From the NCBI GenBank assembly GCA_963727445.1, contig CAVSGI010000014.1, forward strand, positions 192,001 to 256,000: DNA of 64,000 bases. Reading direction: 5' to 3'. A program made the translations under genes and the position numbers. Source of the DNA: an uncultured delta proteobacterium (GTDB lineage: Bacteria; Myxococcota_A; Polyangia; Polyangiales; B10-G4). The notes under the pieces are model-generated. The model ran no database searches. It was not told where the DNA came from and was given only the letters and a program-made list of their open reading frames with translations. Shown in pieces: positions 20,436-32,008 of this stretch. The stretch's first letter is position 1. Each line of letters opens with the position of its first letter.

Positions 20436-22374
20436 TTACTCCGCGGCCGCCCGCTCCTGGTGGGCGGCCTTGGCCTCGGCGAGGAGCGACGAGAGCTCGT
20501 CGCCTTCGAGGACTTCCTTTTCGATGAGCGACTTGGTGATGCGTTCGAGCGCGTCGCGGTTGGCGGTGAGAAGCGACACCGCCTTTTCGCGCGCGGTCTC
20601 GACGATGGTGCGCACCTCGGTGTCGATGATGTCGTTGAGCTTGTCACCGACGTCGCGGGTGAAGCCCACGCCGCCCGCGTCTCCACCGAGGAAGATCGGC
20701 CGGCGCTCTCCGCTGATGGAAAGCGGACCGACGGCGTCGCTCATGCCGTAGTCGACCACCATGGCCCGTGCCATCTCCGTCGCCTTCTGCAGATCGTTCT
20801 GCGCCCCGGTCGAAGGCTCGCCGAAGACGACCTCCTCGGCCGCCCGCCCCCCGAGCAGGCCCACGATCTTCGCGCGGAGGTCGGTCTCGGTCATCAGATA
20901 CCGCTCCTCGGTGGGAAGCGTCATCGTGTAGCCGAGGGCCGCCATCCCGCGCGGGATGATCGAGAATCTTGTGGACCGTCTCCTCGCCGCCTGCGAGCAG
21001 GCCCGCCAGCGCGTGGCCGACCTCGTGATACGCGACCCGGCGCTTCTCGCGGTCGGTGATGAGTCGGCTCTTCTTCTCGAGGCCGGCGACCACACGGTCG
21101 ATGGCGTCGGAGAGCTCCTTCATCGTGACCCGCTCCTTGTCGCGCCGCGCGGCGAGGAGCGCGGCCTCGTTCACCAGATTCGCGAGGTCCGCGCCGGCGA
21201 AGCCGGGCGTTCGCGACGCGATCTCCGCGAGGTCCACGTCATCGTCGAGCCGCACCCCTTTGACGTGCACGCGGAGGATCGCCTCGCGGCCCTTGCGGTC
21301 GGGCCGATCGACGAGGATCTGCCGGTCGAAGCGTCCGGGGCGCAGCAGGGCCGGGTCGAGGATCTCGGGCCGGTTGGTCGCGGCCATGAGGATCACCGCC
21401 GCGTGCGGCGCAAATCCGTCCATCTCCACCAGGAGCTGGTTCAGCGTCTGCTCCCGCTCTTCGTTCGAGCCGATGCCGCCCGAGCTGCCGCGGCTCCGCC
21501 CGAGCGCGTCGAGCTCGTCGATGAACACGATGCACGGCGCGGACTTCTCCGCCTGGTCGAAGAGGTCGCGGACGCGCGCGGCACCGACGCCGACGAACAT
21601 CTCGACGAATTCGGAGCCGCTGATCGAGATGAAGGGAACCTGCGCCTCGCCGGCGACGGCGCGCGCCAACAGCGTCTTGCCGGTGCCGGGGGGCCCGACG
21701 AGCAGCACGCCCTTGGGGATCCTGGCGCCGATGTTCGTGTACTTCTCGGGCGTGCGGAGGAACTCGATGATCTCTTCCAGCTCCACCTTGGCCTCTTCGA
21801 CTCCGGCCACGTCGTCGAAGGTCACGGAGACCGAGTCCTGTTGGACGATCTTGCCCTTGCTCTTGCCGAAGGTGAGCGCGCCGGAGGCACCTGCGCCTGG
21901 CGCCATGCGGCGCAAGAGCCCGCCCCAGAGCAGGAAGAGCAAGAGGACCGAGACGCCGAGGTAGATCATCCAGGGCCACTGACTCCCCATCCCGGAGTCG
22001 TCCACGTAGCGGATCGCGACGTGGTGCTCTTCCATCAGCGGCAGGAGCGACTCGTCGCGCGGGTCGCGACCCGTGACGAAGACGTCGGGACGCGTGGTGC
22101 CCTGGGCATCCTCGCGAGGCGGTGGCTTCTTGCCGTGCTCGTAGCCGCCGCGGATCTCCGTCGGCGAGAGCTGCACCCAATCGACGCGGTCGTCGCGGAT
22201 GTAGCGCTTGAGCTCGTCGTAGCGGATCTGATCGCGGGGCTCGAAGGAGAACACCGACTGAAAGATCGCGAGGAGCACCAGCGCGCCGAGCAACAGATAG
22301 AAGGGGAAACGCCGCCGCACCCCCCCGTCGGGAGGGGGCGGCTCGGTGGGCCTCTTGTCGGGCGGCGGCGGCAC
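20436..22374 (-). CDS. ftsH: ATP-dependent zinc metalloprotease FtsH, frameshifted at ~20965
   Basis: 2 TMs, [27 protein letters not shown]-terminus ([19 protein letters not shown]) in ORF 20436..21095. Confidence 0.93.
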
Positions 22375-22447
22375 GGACCAAGGGTAAGCATGGGCGCCGC
22401 CGAGCGGAAGCCCCGAGAACCACGGAGGATCCCGAGCCTCGCGCTTC

Positions 22448-23179
22448 TCACTCCACGCGGACGATCTTGCCGTCGGCGATGCCCGCCCGGACGTGGTCGA
22501 AGGCGGCCGTGACGGCATCGCCGTCGGTCCCATCGAAGGTCAGGCGCACCGCGTAGTCGGGCGCATCCCACGCGAGATAGCTCCCGATGATCACTCGCGG
22601 ATGCGCCTGGGCGGCCTCGTCGAGGAGATCGGCGAGCTCGAACTCGTCGGCGTGGGTGTAGAGCACCCGGCTCACGAAAGGAGCGTCCGAGCGGAGGCGC
22701 TCGCGGAGCACGGGGAACTTCCGGTGGAGGATCTGGGGGACGCCAGGAAAGACGTAGACGTTTTCGACCTCCACCGTGGGCCAGGGCATCTCGCCGCTTC
22801 GCACCAGCGAAGCCCCTTCCGGCACGTCGGCCATGCGCAGGTGCCCTTCGGTGGTCTCGTCCCCGAAGTGCTTTCGCACCATCCGCTCGATCTCGGGCGA
22901 GCGGGTGATCCCGCGGCCGAGCGCGTGCGCCACCGCCTCGAGGGTGACGTCATCGTGGGTGGGACCCACGCCGCCGGTGGTGAACACCACGTCGTGGTCG
23001 GCGCGGAGCGCGTTCAGGTCGCTCGCGATCACCTCGATCTCGTCCGGGCAGATGATCACGCGACGCAGCGCGACGCCGAGCGCGAAGAGCTCGCTCGCCA
23101 GGTAGGGAACGTTCTCGTCCCGGATCTTCCCCGAGAGGATCTCGTTGCCGATGACCAGGATCGCGGCGGTGCGCGCCAT
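22448..23179 (-). CDS. CinA-N / molybdopterin-binding domain protein
   Basis: [32 protein letters not shown]. Confidence 0.88.
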   Translation of the reverse strand: MARTAAILVIGNEILSGKIRDENVPYLASELFALGVALRRVIICPDEIEVIASDLNALRADHDVVFTTGGVGPTHDDVTLEAVAHALGRGITRSPEIERMVRKHFGDETTEGHLRMADVPEGASLVRSGEMPWPTVEVENVYVFPGVPQILHRKFPVLRERLRSDAPFVSRVLYTHADEFELADLLDEAAQAHPRVIIGSYLAWDAPDYAVRLTFDGTDGDAVTAAFDHVRAGIADGKIVRVE

Positions 23180-23194
23180 GCGGCGAGGGTATAG

Positions 23195-23611
23195 CTACTC
23201 GCAGTAGGGCGCCATGGTCTCGCGAAAGCTGTCGCTCCACGGCACCGGTTGCCAGGTGTCGGGGCTGACGCGGACGATGGTGCGGGAGCCGCTCGCGTAG
23301 TCGAGGTCCTGGTCGAGCGGCAGGCAACGAAGGCCGAAGGTGAGGCTGGTGCGCCCGAGCTTGTGTACCCACACCCGCACCCGTACCTCGCCCACGCCCT
23401 TCACCGGGCGCAGGTAATCGACGTGATTGGCGCGGACGAGGTGGAAGCGATCCGAATCGCTCTGCACGTCGAGAGGCCCGCCCCAGCCGAGATGCCGCCA
23501 GAAGCTGCCGATGGTGCGCTCGAAGAGCAGCACGTAGCGCGCGTTGTGGAGGATCTGGAAGGCGTCGAGGTCGTCGAAGTAGACGCCGTGTGTGGTCTCG
23601 TGAAATCGCAT
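23195..23611 (-). CDS. Acyl-CoA thioesterase, 4HBT/YbgC hot-dog family
   Basis: VYFDDLDAFQILHNARY, VDYLRP, KLGRTSL. Confidence 0.85.
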   Translation of the reverse strand: MRFHETTHGVYFDDLDAFQILHNARYVLLFERTIGSFWRHLGWGGPLDVQSDSDRFHLVRANHVDYLRPVKGVGEVRVRVWVHKLGRTSLTFGLRCLPLDQDLDYASGSRTIVRVSPDTWQPVPWSDSFRETMAPYCE

Positions 23612-23614
23612 GGG

Positions 23615-23914
23615 TCAAGGGGGGATGGCGCGGAGGCTGAGCTCTATCTGGGTCTCTCCCACCGGGAGGTCCACCTCTACGTCGTGAGGAAAGTAACCAG
23701 GCGCGGTCACGGTGACGAAGTGGCGTCCGGGACGGAGCCGCTCCGGTCGCCCGGCCAGCTTGCGTCCCGTGGCGATGAAGCGATCGTCGATGTAGACGGA
23801 GGCGGTTTCGGGCTCGATCCGCATGCGCAAGAGCGCGTGCTCGCCCGCCTGCTGCCGGCCCCCGCAGCTGGCGACGAGCGACAGCGCGAAGGCGAGGAGC
23901 AGAACGCGACTCAC
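23615..23914 (-). CDS. PEGA-domain lipoprotein
   Basis: Lipobox LVASC; IEPETASVYIDD...LRPGRHFVTVTAPGY. Confidence 0.75.
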   Translation of the reverse strand: MSRVLLLAFALSLVASCGGRQQAGEHALLRMRIEPETASVYIDDRFIATGRKLAGRPERLRPGRHFVTVTAPGYFPHDVEVDLPVGETQIELSLRAIPP

Positions 23915-24318
23915 GAGCGCCACTGGACCCCTGGCGCCGCGCGCCTGAGGCGCGAGAGCGACAGCTCGAGCACGACCACCGTCTCCCCGGACGCGAGGGG
24001 ACGGCGCCCAACGACCCGCGCCTGTCGGTCCACCACACGATGGGCGCGTGCGGCCACCGCCGCCGACGCCGAAGCCGCGGCCAGACGGTCGTCGACGAAG
24101 CGATGCATGAGAGCGCGCCCACGCGCTTCGCCACGCCGCCGCGAGGACAGCCGCCGCGCCCCGAGCCGCTCGATCCGCGGGTCCGGCGTGCCCACCACCA
24201 CCACGCGGAGCTCGCCCCGCTCCACGTGGGGAGCGCGCTCGAAGAGCGGAACGTCGAAGCCCAGCACCTGGGCCAGACCGGGCGCCGGCGACGCCAGCAC
24301 GCAAGCGGTCACCAACAT
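23911..24318 (-). CDS. Hypothetical exported protein
   Basis: Signal-like N-terminus; fills the gap in the guaA operon with stop/start overlap. Confidence 0.45.
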   Translation of the reverse strand: MLVTACVLASPAPGLAQVLGFDVPLFERAPHVERGELRVVVVGTPDPRIERLGARRLSSRRRGEARGRALMHRFVDDRLAAASASAAVAARAHRVVDRQARVVGRRPLASGETVVVLELSLSRLRRAAPGVQWRS

Positions 24319-24376
24319 CGATGCGCCCGCCCTGCGCAGCCAACCGCTCGTGTTCGATTCGGGTCCCAGGACGAGC

Positions 24377-25922
24377 TCACTCCCATTCGATGGTAGCCGG
24401 AGGCTTGCTCGACACGTCGTAGACGACGCGGTTCACGCCGCGCACCTCGTTGATGATGCGCGACGAGACCTTGCCGAGGAGGTCGTAGGGGAGACGCGAC
24501 CAGTCGGCGGTCATCCCGTCGCGCGAAGAGACGGCGCGCAGGCCCACTACGTACTCGTAGGTCCGCTCGTCGCCCATCACGCCCACGGTCTTGACCGGGA
24601 GGATCACGGCGAAGGCCTGCCAGACGTGGTCGTACTGCCCACTGGTGCGGAGCTCCTCGATGAAGACGGCGTCGGCCTCGCGGAGGATGCCGAGCTTCTC
24701 CTCGGTGATCTCGCCGAGGCAGCGAATCGCCAGGCCGGGCCCCGGGAAAGGGTGTCGCCACAGGACGTGATGCGGCATGCCCATCTCCGCCCGACCTCGC
24801 GCACCTCGTCCTTGAAGAGCTCGCGCAGGGGCTCGATGAGCGAGAGCTTCATCTTCTCCGGCAGGCCGCCCACGTTGTGGTGGCTCTTGATGACCGCGCT
24901 CGGCCCCTTGAAGGACACGCTCTCGATCACGTCGGGGTAGAGCGTGCCCTGGACCAGGAATTTCGCGCCGCCGACCTTGGTGGCTTCGCGATCGAAGACG
25001 TCGATGAAGACGCGGCCGATGATCTTCCGCTTCTCTTCCGGATCGGTGACGCCCGCGAGCGCGGACAGGAACTCCTGTCGCGCGTCGACGTGCACCAGGT
25101 TCAGGTGGAAGTGGTCGCGGAACATGCGGACGACTTCCTTGGCCTCGTCCTTTCGGAGCACGCCGTTGTCGACGAAGATGCAGGTGAGCTGGTCGCCGAT
25201 GGCTTTCGAGACCAGCATCGCCGCGACCGACGAGTCGACCCCGCCCGAGAGGCCGCAAACGACCTTGGCGTCGCCGACCTCCTCGCGGATCTTGGTCGAC
25301 CGTCTCTTCGATGAAGTGGCCGGCGGTCCAGTCCGGCTCGGCACCGGTGACGTGGAAGAGGAAGGACTCGAGGAGCTCGATCCCGCGCGGGGTGTGCACG
25401 ACCTCGGGGTGGAACTGCACTCCGTAGATGCGCCGCTGGTGGTTGGCGACGGCGGCGAAGGGTGTGCTGCCGGTCTTGGCCAGGGTGACGAAACCGTCGG
25501 GCAGGGCCTCGACGCGATCGCCGTGGCTCATCCATACGTCGACCTTCTCGCCAACATCGAAGGAGTGCGAGGATGCCCTCCCCTTCGGTGACTTCGATGG
25601 TGGCGGGGCCGTACTCGCGCTCGGTCGCCTTCTCGACGCGGCCGCCGAGGAGGTGACATGTGAGCTGCATGCCGTAGCAGATGCCGAGGACCGGCACGCC
25701 CAGCTCGAAGACGCCGGCGTCGACCTGTGGGCTGCCCTCGCCGAAGACGCTGGCCGGACCGCCGGAGAGCACGATGGCCTGCGGCTCCATGTGGCGGATC
25801 TCGTCCAGGGAGAGGGTGCAGGGATGGATCTCGCAGTAGACGTGGCTCTCGCGGATGCGGCGCGCGATGAGCTGCGTGTACTGGGAGCCGAAGTCGAGGA
25901 TGAGGACGAGAGCACGACTCAT
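24377..25922 (-). CDS. guaA: GMP synthase, about 3 frameshifts
   Basis: [62 protein letters not shown] spread over three frames. Confidence 0.95.
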
Positions 25923-25962
25923 GGATGGCTCGTATGGGATCGGTGAGCGCGGCGCCGACTCA

Positions 25963-27485
<1,523 letters not shown>

Positions 27486-27623
27486 AACACCTCCTGAAAG
27501 GTGCGCCGGAGCCTAGCGCGGATGGGGGGGCGGGGCCAGGCGGGGATTGTGGGGGATTCCGAGGGAATTCGGGGGCGGTCGACGCGCCTCGTCCCCCCGC
27601 GCTATCGTGAATTCGTGGCGCGG

Positions 27624-29363
27624 ATGGGCGGATGGGTGTTGGCCCTGACGATGGCCTTCGGATGTGGCCGGTTGGGTTTCGATCCCATCGCGGGCGATAC
27701 CGGGCTGCTCGACTCCTCGATCGACGCGTCCGGAGACGGCGGCGCGATGGATGCCGCCATGGACGGTGCACCGGACACGGCGATGATGATGGACTCGAGC
27801 ATCGCGGACGGCTCGTCGGACACGAGCGTCGTCACCGACACGACCACGCCTCCTCCGCCCCTCGCCGTCAATCTGACGACGTGCGCGGCGGAGGCTGTCT
27901 TCGGCGGCGCGTACAGCTGCATGCCTTCGGTTCGTGACCCGATCGCCGGGGAGGTGATCAGGTTCAGCCTCTCGGCCACCAACACGTGCGCTTGGGCCGG
28001 AATCGACCCGACGTCCGGCGCGGTGAGCGGCTCGGTGCTGATGGACGGCTTCTGCGATCTCGGCGTCTTCGCACAGAGCTCTCTCGGACCCTCCGCGGAC
28101 GGAAGCTTGCGCATCGGCGTCGCCGTGGGCTCGGACGTGCGACAGATGGACATCGGGGCATGGCACACCTGCGCGCTCTCAGCAGGCGGCGCCGTCCGGT
28201 GCTGGGGGCTCAACAGCGTGGGTCAGCTCGGCTACGACGACACGGCGCATGTCGGCGACGGAACGGCCGGGCGGTCGATCGCCGACATGGGAGACGTGAA
28301 CGTCGGCGGTCTCGTGCGTCAGATCTCCCTTGCGTACATGCAGTCGTGCGCGCTGATGGCGACGGGCGGCGTACGTTGCTGGGGCGGTGGCAGCTTCGGC
28401 CGGCTGGGCTACGGCCACACCAACGACGTCGGCGCCGGTGGTCCCGGCGGGACCATCACCGACAACGGTGATCTGCCTCTCGGGGGCGAGGCCGTCCAGG
28501 TCATCACCGGTGGTGTGGGCGGTTGCGCCCGAATGTTGGGTGGGGGCGTTCGGTGCTGGGGGCACAATCACGGCAACGGCGCGGACCCGGAGATCATCGG
28601 CCTCGAGATCGCCGCCGCCGGCGATCTGACGATCGGCTTCGAAGTCGCCGACGTGGTCGGGGGCTACAATCACTACTGCGCTCTCAGCACGCTCGGCGCC
28701 GTCCGGTGCTGGGGGCAGAACTGGGCCGGTGCGCTCGGCTACGACGACACGCTGACGGTCGGCGACGGGACCACCGGACGCGGGATCGCGGAGATGGGCG
28801 ACGTGAACGTCGGGGGACGGGTCGTGCAGTTGAGCGCCGGGGACCAGACCACCTGTGCCGTTCTGGACAGCGGGGCTCTCCGGTGCTGGGGCGCGAACGA
28901 CCTCGGTCAGCTCGGCTACGGGGACACGACGAACGTGGGCGACGGCACGGCCGGCCGATCGATCGTCGAGATGGGTGACGTCCCCGTGGGCGGCACCGTC
29001 AGCCAGGCGTGGGCTGGAGAGCAGCACACCTGCGCCATCATGACGACCGGCGCCGTGCGCTGCTGGGGTTTCAACAGCGAGGGTCAGCTCGGCTACGACG
29101 ACACCCTCAGCGTCGGCGATGGAACCGCCGGGCGCGCCATCGTCGACATGGGCGACGTGCCCCTCGCTGGCACCGCTCGCCACGTGGTGACCACCGACTG
29201 GGACACTGGCTTCACCTGCGCTCTCATGACGAGCGGCGGCCTCCGCTGCTGGGGAAACAATGGAGGCGGTCAGCTGGGGCTGGATGACAGTCTCAACGTC
29301 GGCGACGGCACGGCCGGGCGCGCGATCCTCGACTTCGCCGAGGTTCAGCCTTTCGTGCCCTGA
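27624..29363 (+). CDS. RCC1/BLIP-II repeat lipoprotein
   Basis: Lipobox MAFGC; repeated HTCA...VRCWG.N..GQLGYDDT..VGDGTAGR. Confidence 0.85.
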   Translation: MGGWVLALTMAFGCGRLGFDPIAGDTGLLDSSIDASGDGGAMDAAMDGAPDTAMMMDSSIADGSSDTSVVTDTTTPPPPLAVNLTTCAAEAVFGGAYSCMPSVRDPIAGEVIRFSLSATNTCAWAGIDPTSGAVSGSVLMDGFCDLGVFAQSSLGPSADGSLRIGVAVGSDVRQMDIGAWHTCALSAGGAVRCWGLNSVGQLGYDDTAHVGDGTAGRSIADMGDVNVGGLVRQISLAYMQSCALMATGGVRCWGGGSFGRLGYGHTNDVGAGGPGGTITDNGDLPLGGEAVQVITGGVGGCARMLGGGVRCWGHNHGNGADPEIIGLEIAAAGDLTIGFEVADVVGGYNHYCALSTLGAVRCWGQNWAGALGYDDTLTVGDGTTGRGIAEMGDVNVGGRVVQLSAGDQTTCAVLDSGALRCWGANDLGQLGYGDTTNVGDGTAGRSIVEMGDVPVGGTVSQAWAGEQHTCAIMTTGAVRCWGFNSEGQLGYDDTLSVGDGTAGRAIVDMGDVPLAGTARHVVTTDWDTGFTCALMTSGGLRCWGNNGGGQLGLDDSLNVGDGTAGRAILDFAEVQPFVP

Positions 29364-29493
29364 GGTGGGGCACGCCGGCCCCTGTCAACGTTGCGGAGCG
29401 TCCCCGTCGCGGAGGCGAGCGCTTCGAGATCCGGACGGGCGCTACCGTCGCCGGAGTTTTACAGGGCGCCACCATCACTGGTACACGACGGCG

Positions 29494-30144
29494 ATGACGC
29501 GTCTGACCACCCAACTCCTTCCCGCTTTGATCGTTCTGTCGTGCTTCGCTTGCGGGGGCGCGAGCAGCGCTTCGGAGGCCACCGCCACGCCGGACGACGA
29601 AAGCGGCGCCGCACCGCTCACTCGATACGAGGTCGGCGACACCATCACCTACGAGTACGCGGGCGCCTTCAGCGAAGCGCCCGTCGTGCTGACCGAGACC
29701 ATCGAGAGCGTCGAAGGCGCTCAGCTCCGCATCCGTGTGGACGCGACGCGAGGCGACGAGACCCGTCAGTGGATTCAGGTGGTCACCGACACCGAAGAGA
29801 ACCGCGACGCCAACGTGATCGACGCGCTCTACGAGGTTCAGGACGGCGAGGAGGTGCTCCTCGAAAACGAAGGCAACCGCGACCTCTTGCGCCTCTACGC
29901 CTGGACGCTCCCGCCCTGCCGCGGCCCCTCCGAAGCCGTCGGCTCCGAGACGAACGACGTCGACGTCGCGGGCCAGTCACTGTCGTGCGAGTGCAAGACG
30001 GTCACGATGACGTGCGCGGACGCGCCCGCCCGGATGACGACCTGCGACTGTCCGGACCTCGTCTGGACCCACGGCGGAGGTCGGGTCGTCCTCGACGGGC
30101 AGGAAGAGCCGTTCTGGTCGATGACGGTGACCGATCAGCAGTGA
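29494..30144 (+). CDS. Hypothetical lipoprotein
   Basis: Lipobox CFAC-GG; GC3-rich codon pattern. Confidence 0.65.
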   Translation: MTRLTTQLLPALIVLSCFACGGASSASEATATPDDESGAAPLTRYEVGDTITYEYAGAFSEAPVVLTETIESVEGAQLRIRVDATRGDETRQWIQVVTDTEENRDANVIDALYEVQDGEEVLLENEGNRDLLRLYAWTLPPCRGPSEAVGSETNDVDVAGQSLSCECKTVTMTCADAPARMTTCDCPDLVWTHGGGRVVLDGQEEPFWSMTVTDQQ

Positions 30145-30175
30145 TGGGCCCGGGCACCTCGCGCGCCCCCTTCGC

Positions 30176-30313
30176 TCAGCGCCGCTTCTTCTGCGGCTCG
30201 TGGCAGCGGCAGCGCTTGTCCTTCGGCACGTCGTAGAGGACAGCCTCGATGTGGGCACCACAGCCGGCGTAGGTGGGCTTGTTGCAACGGGGACAGTTGA
30301 CGCGAACGCACAT
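30176..30313 (-). CDS. Small Cys/His-rich putative zinc-binding protein (45 aa)
   Basis: MCVRVNCPRCNKPTYAGCGAHIEAV...RCRC; GAAGGAG Shine-Dalgarno upstream. Confidence 0.72.
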   Translation of the reverse strand: MCVRVNCPRCNKPTYAGCGAHIEAVLYDVPKDKRCRCHEPQKKRR

Positions 30314-30468
30314 GGATGGATTCTCCTTCGGGCGAACGTAAAGCACGCAGCGTGCCACCGCTCGACGTCCAAGAACTCGGGGGCGCGGCCGGTCGGCTGG
30401 AACGAGCTGAAACAGATGTGACGCTCATGCTTCGCGTGGTGTCCCACCCCGTGCGCTATCCTGTCGCC

Positions 30469-31032
30469 ATGCAACGGACCATCGCCTGCCTCTTCGTCGT
30501 GACCCTGGCCTTTGGTTGTGGGGGCGATGACGGGGGCGACGATGCGGGCAGTGACGGCAGCACCGGCGATGCGGGCAGTGACGGCAGCAGCGGCGATGCG
30601 AGCGGCGACGGCAGCAGCGGCGATGCGAGCGGCGACGGAGGGAGCCCGGCGGAGTGCACGCCCGGCGGGCAAGGCGTCACGGGTATGGAGCTCACCGTCG
30701 AGCCGAGGATGTTGTCCCTCTCCGCGAGCGAGTGTGGGACGGGGGACATGGTGCTCACGAGCATGGACGACGTGACGGCGGCCTTCCCGGCAGGCGCCCC
30801 GGCCGAGCTCGACGGAATCGATTTCAGCGCCGACCGCGTCATCCTCGGCAGCTCCAATCCGGTCATCCGCTTCGTCGTCGACGACGGAACCGATCTCGTC
30901 GCAGGCGAGGAATCGCTCTGCCAGGGTGTTGCGCCGAGCTGCGTGGCCTACGTGGTGCGCGGCACGACCCGCGACTCCGTGCGGAGCGTCACCTGCCCCT
31001 ACCGGGGCCCGGATCCCTGCCTCGCGCCCTGA
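30469..31032 (+). CDS. Hypothetical lipoprotein with GDA(G/S)xDGSS linker repeats
   Basis: Lipobox LAFGC; 27-nt tandem repeats ~30538-30640. Confidence 0.7.
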   Translation: MQRTIACLFVVTLAFGCGGDDGGDDAGSDGSTGDAGSDGSSGDASGDGSSGDASGDGGSPAECTPGGQGVTGMELTVEPRMLSLSASECGTGDMVLTSMDDVTAAFPAGAPAELDGIDFSADRVILGSSNPVIRFVVDDGTDLVAGEESLCQGVAPSCVAYVVRGTTRDSVRSVTCPYRGPDPCLAP

Positions 31033-31084
31033 GACCTGTCGGAGATCACGTGCGCGACCACGAGCTCAACACTAGGCTACGGAC

Positions 31085-32002
31085 ATGAGGTGGTGGGTTG
31101 TCGCCCTGGCGGGTGCGGTGGTGGCGTGCAGCCCGGGCGAGGTCGACCTGGACGGCAAGGCCTGCCCGTGCGTGGTGGGATGGGTCTGTGACGAGGCGAT
31201 GAACCTCTGCGTGCGCGGCGACGCCTCCACATTGGACAGCGGCCCCGTCGATTCCGGCTCCTCGACCGACACGGGCGCGGCGGACGCCGCGCCGCCGGAT
31301 GCGGCCGTCGACTCGGCAGCCGGAAGCGATGGCGGTGACGGCGCCATCGACGGCGGCGACGCGGGCGGCTCGGACTCGGCGTGCGACGGCGCGCTCGCCG
31401 ATGCGATCTTCTGCGACGGCTTCGAAGACGGCCCCGGCTTCGCCGCGTGGTCCGAGGACGGCAACGGTGGGGGCACGGCCAGCTGGTCCGAGGACGTCGT
31501 CTACCGAGGTCTCGGTGCGCTTCGGGCCGAGTCCACGATGATGGCGGGATCGGTGTTCATGTGGGGCGCCACGAGCGCCGCCATCGACTCCGGCGATCTC
31601 TGGCTCCGCCTCTACGCTCTGTTCCCAGCGGAGTCGTCGCTCTATCACTTCGACTTCGCCAACGTGTCTCCCGCGGACGGCGGAGGCATGACGCTCTACG
31701 TGGAGGGAGGGCGGCTTCGGGTCTGGAACGAGGGGCTCATGATGTCCCACGCGTCGACGACCATGGTGCCCCTCGACACCTGGACGTGCATCGAGCTCCA
31801 CGTCAGCGTCGGCGACAGCGGAGGCTTCGAGGCCTTCATCGACGGCGCGCTCGTCAGCTCCGCGATGGGGGAGGACACTTTCCCCGAGATGCCCTACGAC
31901 ACCGTCGCGACGGGCTTCATCTACTCGGACCCGGATCAGCCCCCATCCCTCTTCTACGTCGACGAGGTCGCCGTGGGCACGTCGCGCCTGCCCTGCGACT
32001 GA
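31085..32002 (+). CDS. Lipoprotein with DAG-type linker and C-terminal beta-sandwich (LamG/lyase-like) domain
   Basis: Lipobox VVAC; FCDGFE; TWTCIELHV; FYVDEVAV. Confidence 0.7.
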   Translation: MRWWVVALAGAVVACSPGEVDLDGKACPCVVGWVCDEAMNLCVRGDASTLDSGPVDSGSSTDTGAADAAPPDAAVDSAAGSDGGDGAIDGGDAGGSDSACDGALADAIFCDGFEDGPGFAAWSEDGNGGGTASWSEDVVYRGLGALRAESTMMAGSVFMWGATSAAIDSGDLWLRLYALFPAESSLYHFDFANVSPADGGGMTLYVEGGRLRVWNEGLMMSHASTTMVPLDTWTCIELHVSVGDSGGFEAFIDGALVSSAMGEDTFPEMPYDTVATGFIYSDPDQPPSLFYVDEVAVGTSRLPCD

Positions 32003-32008
32003 CGTTCG

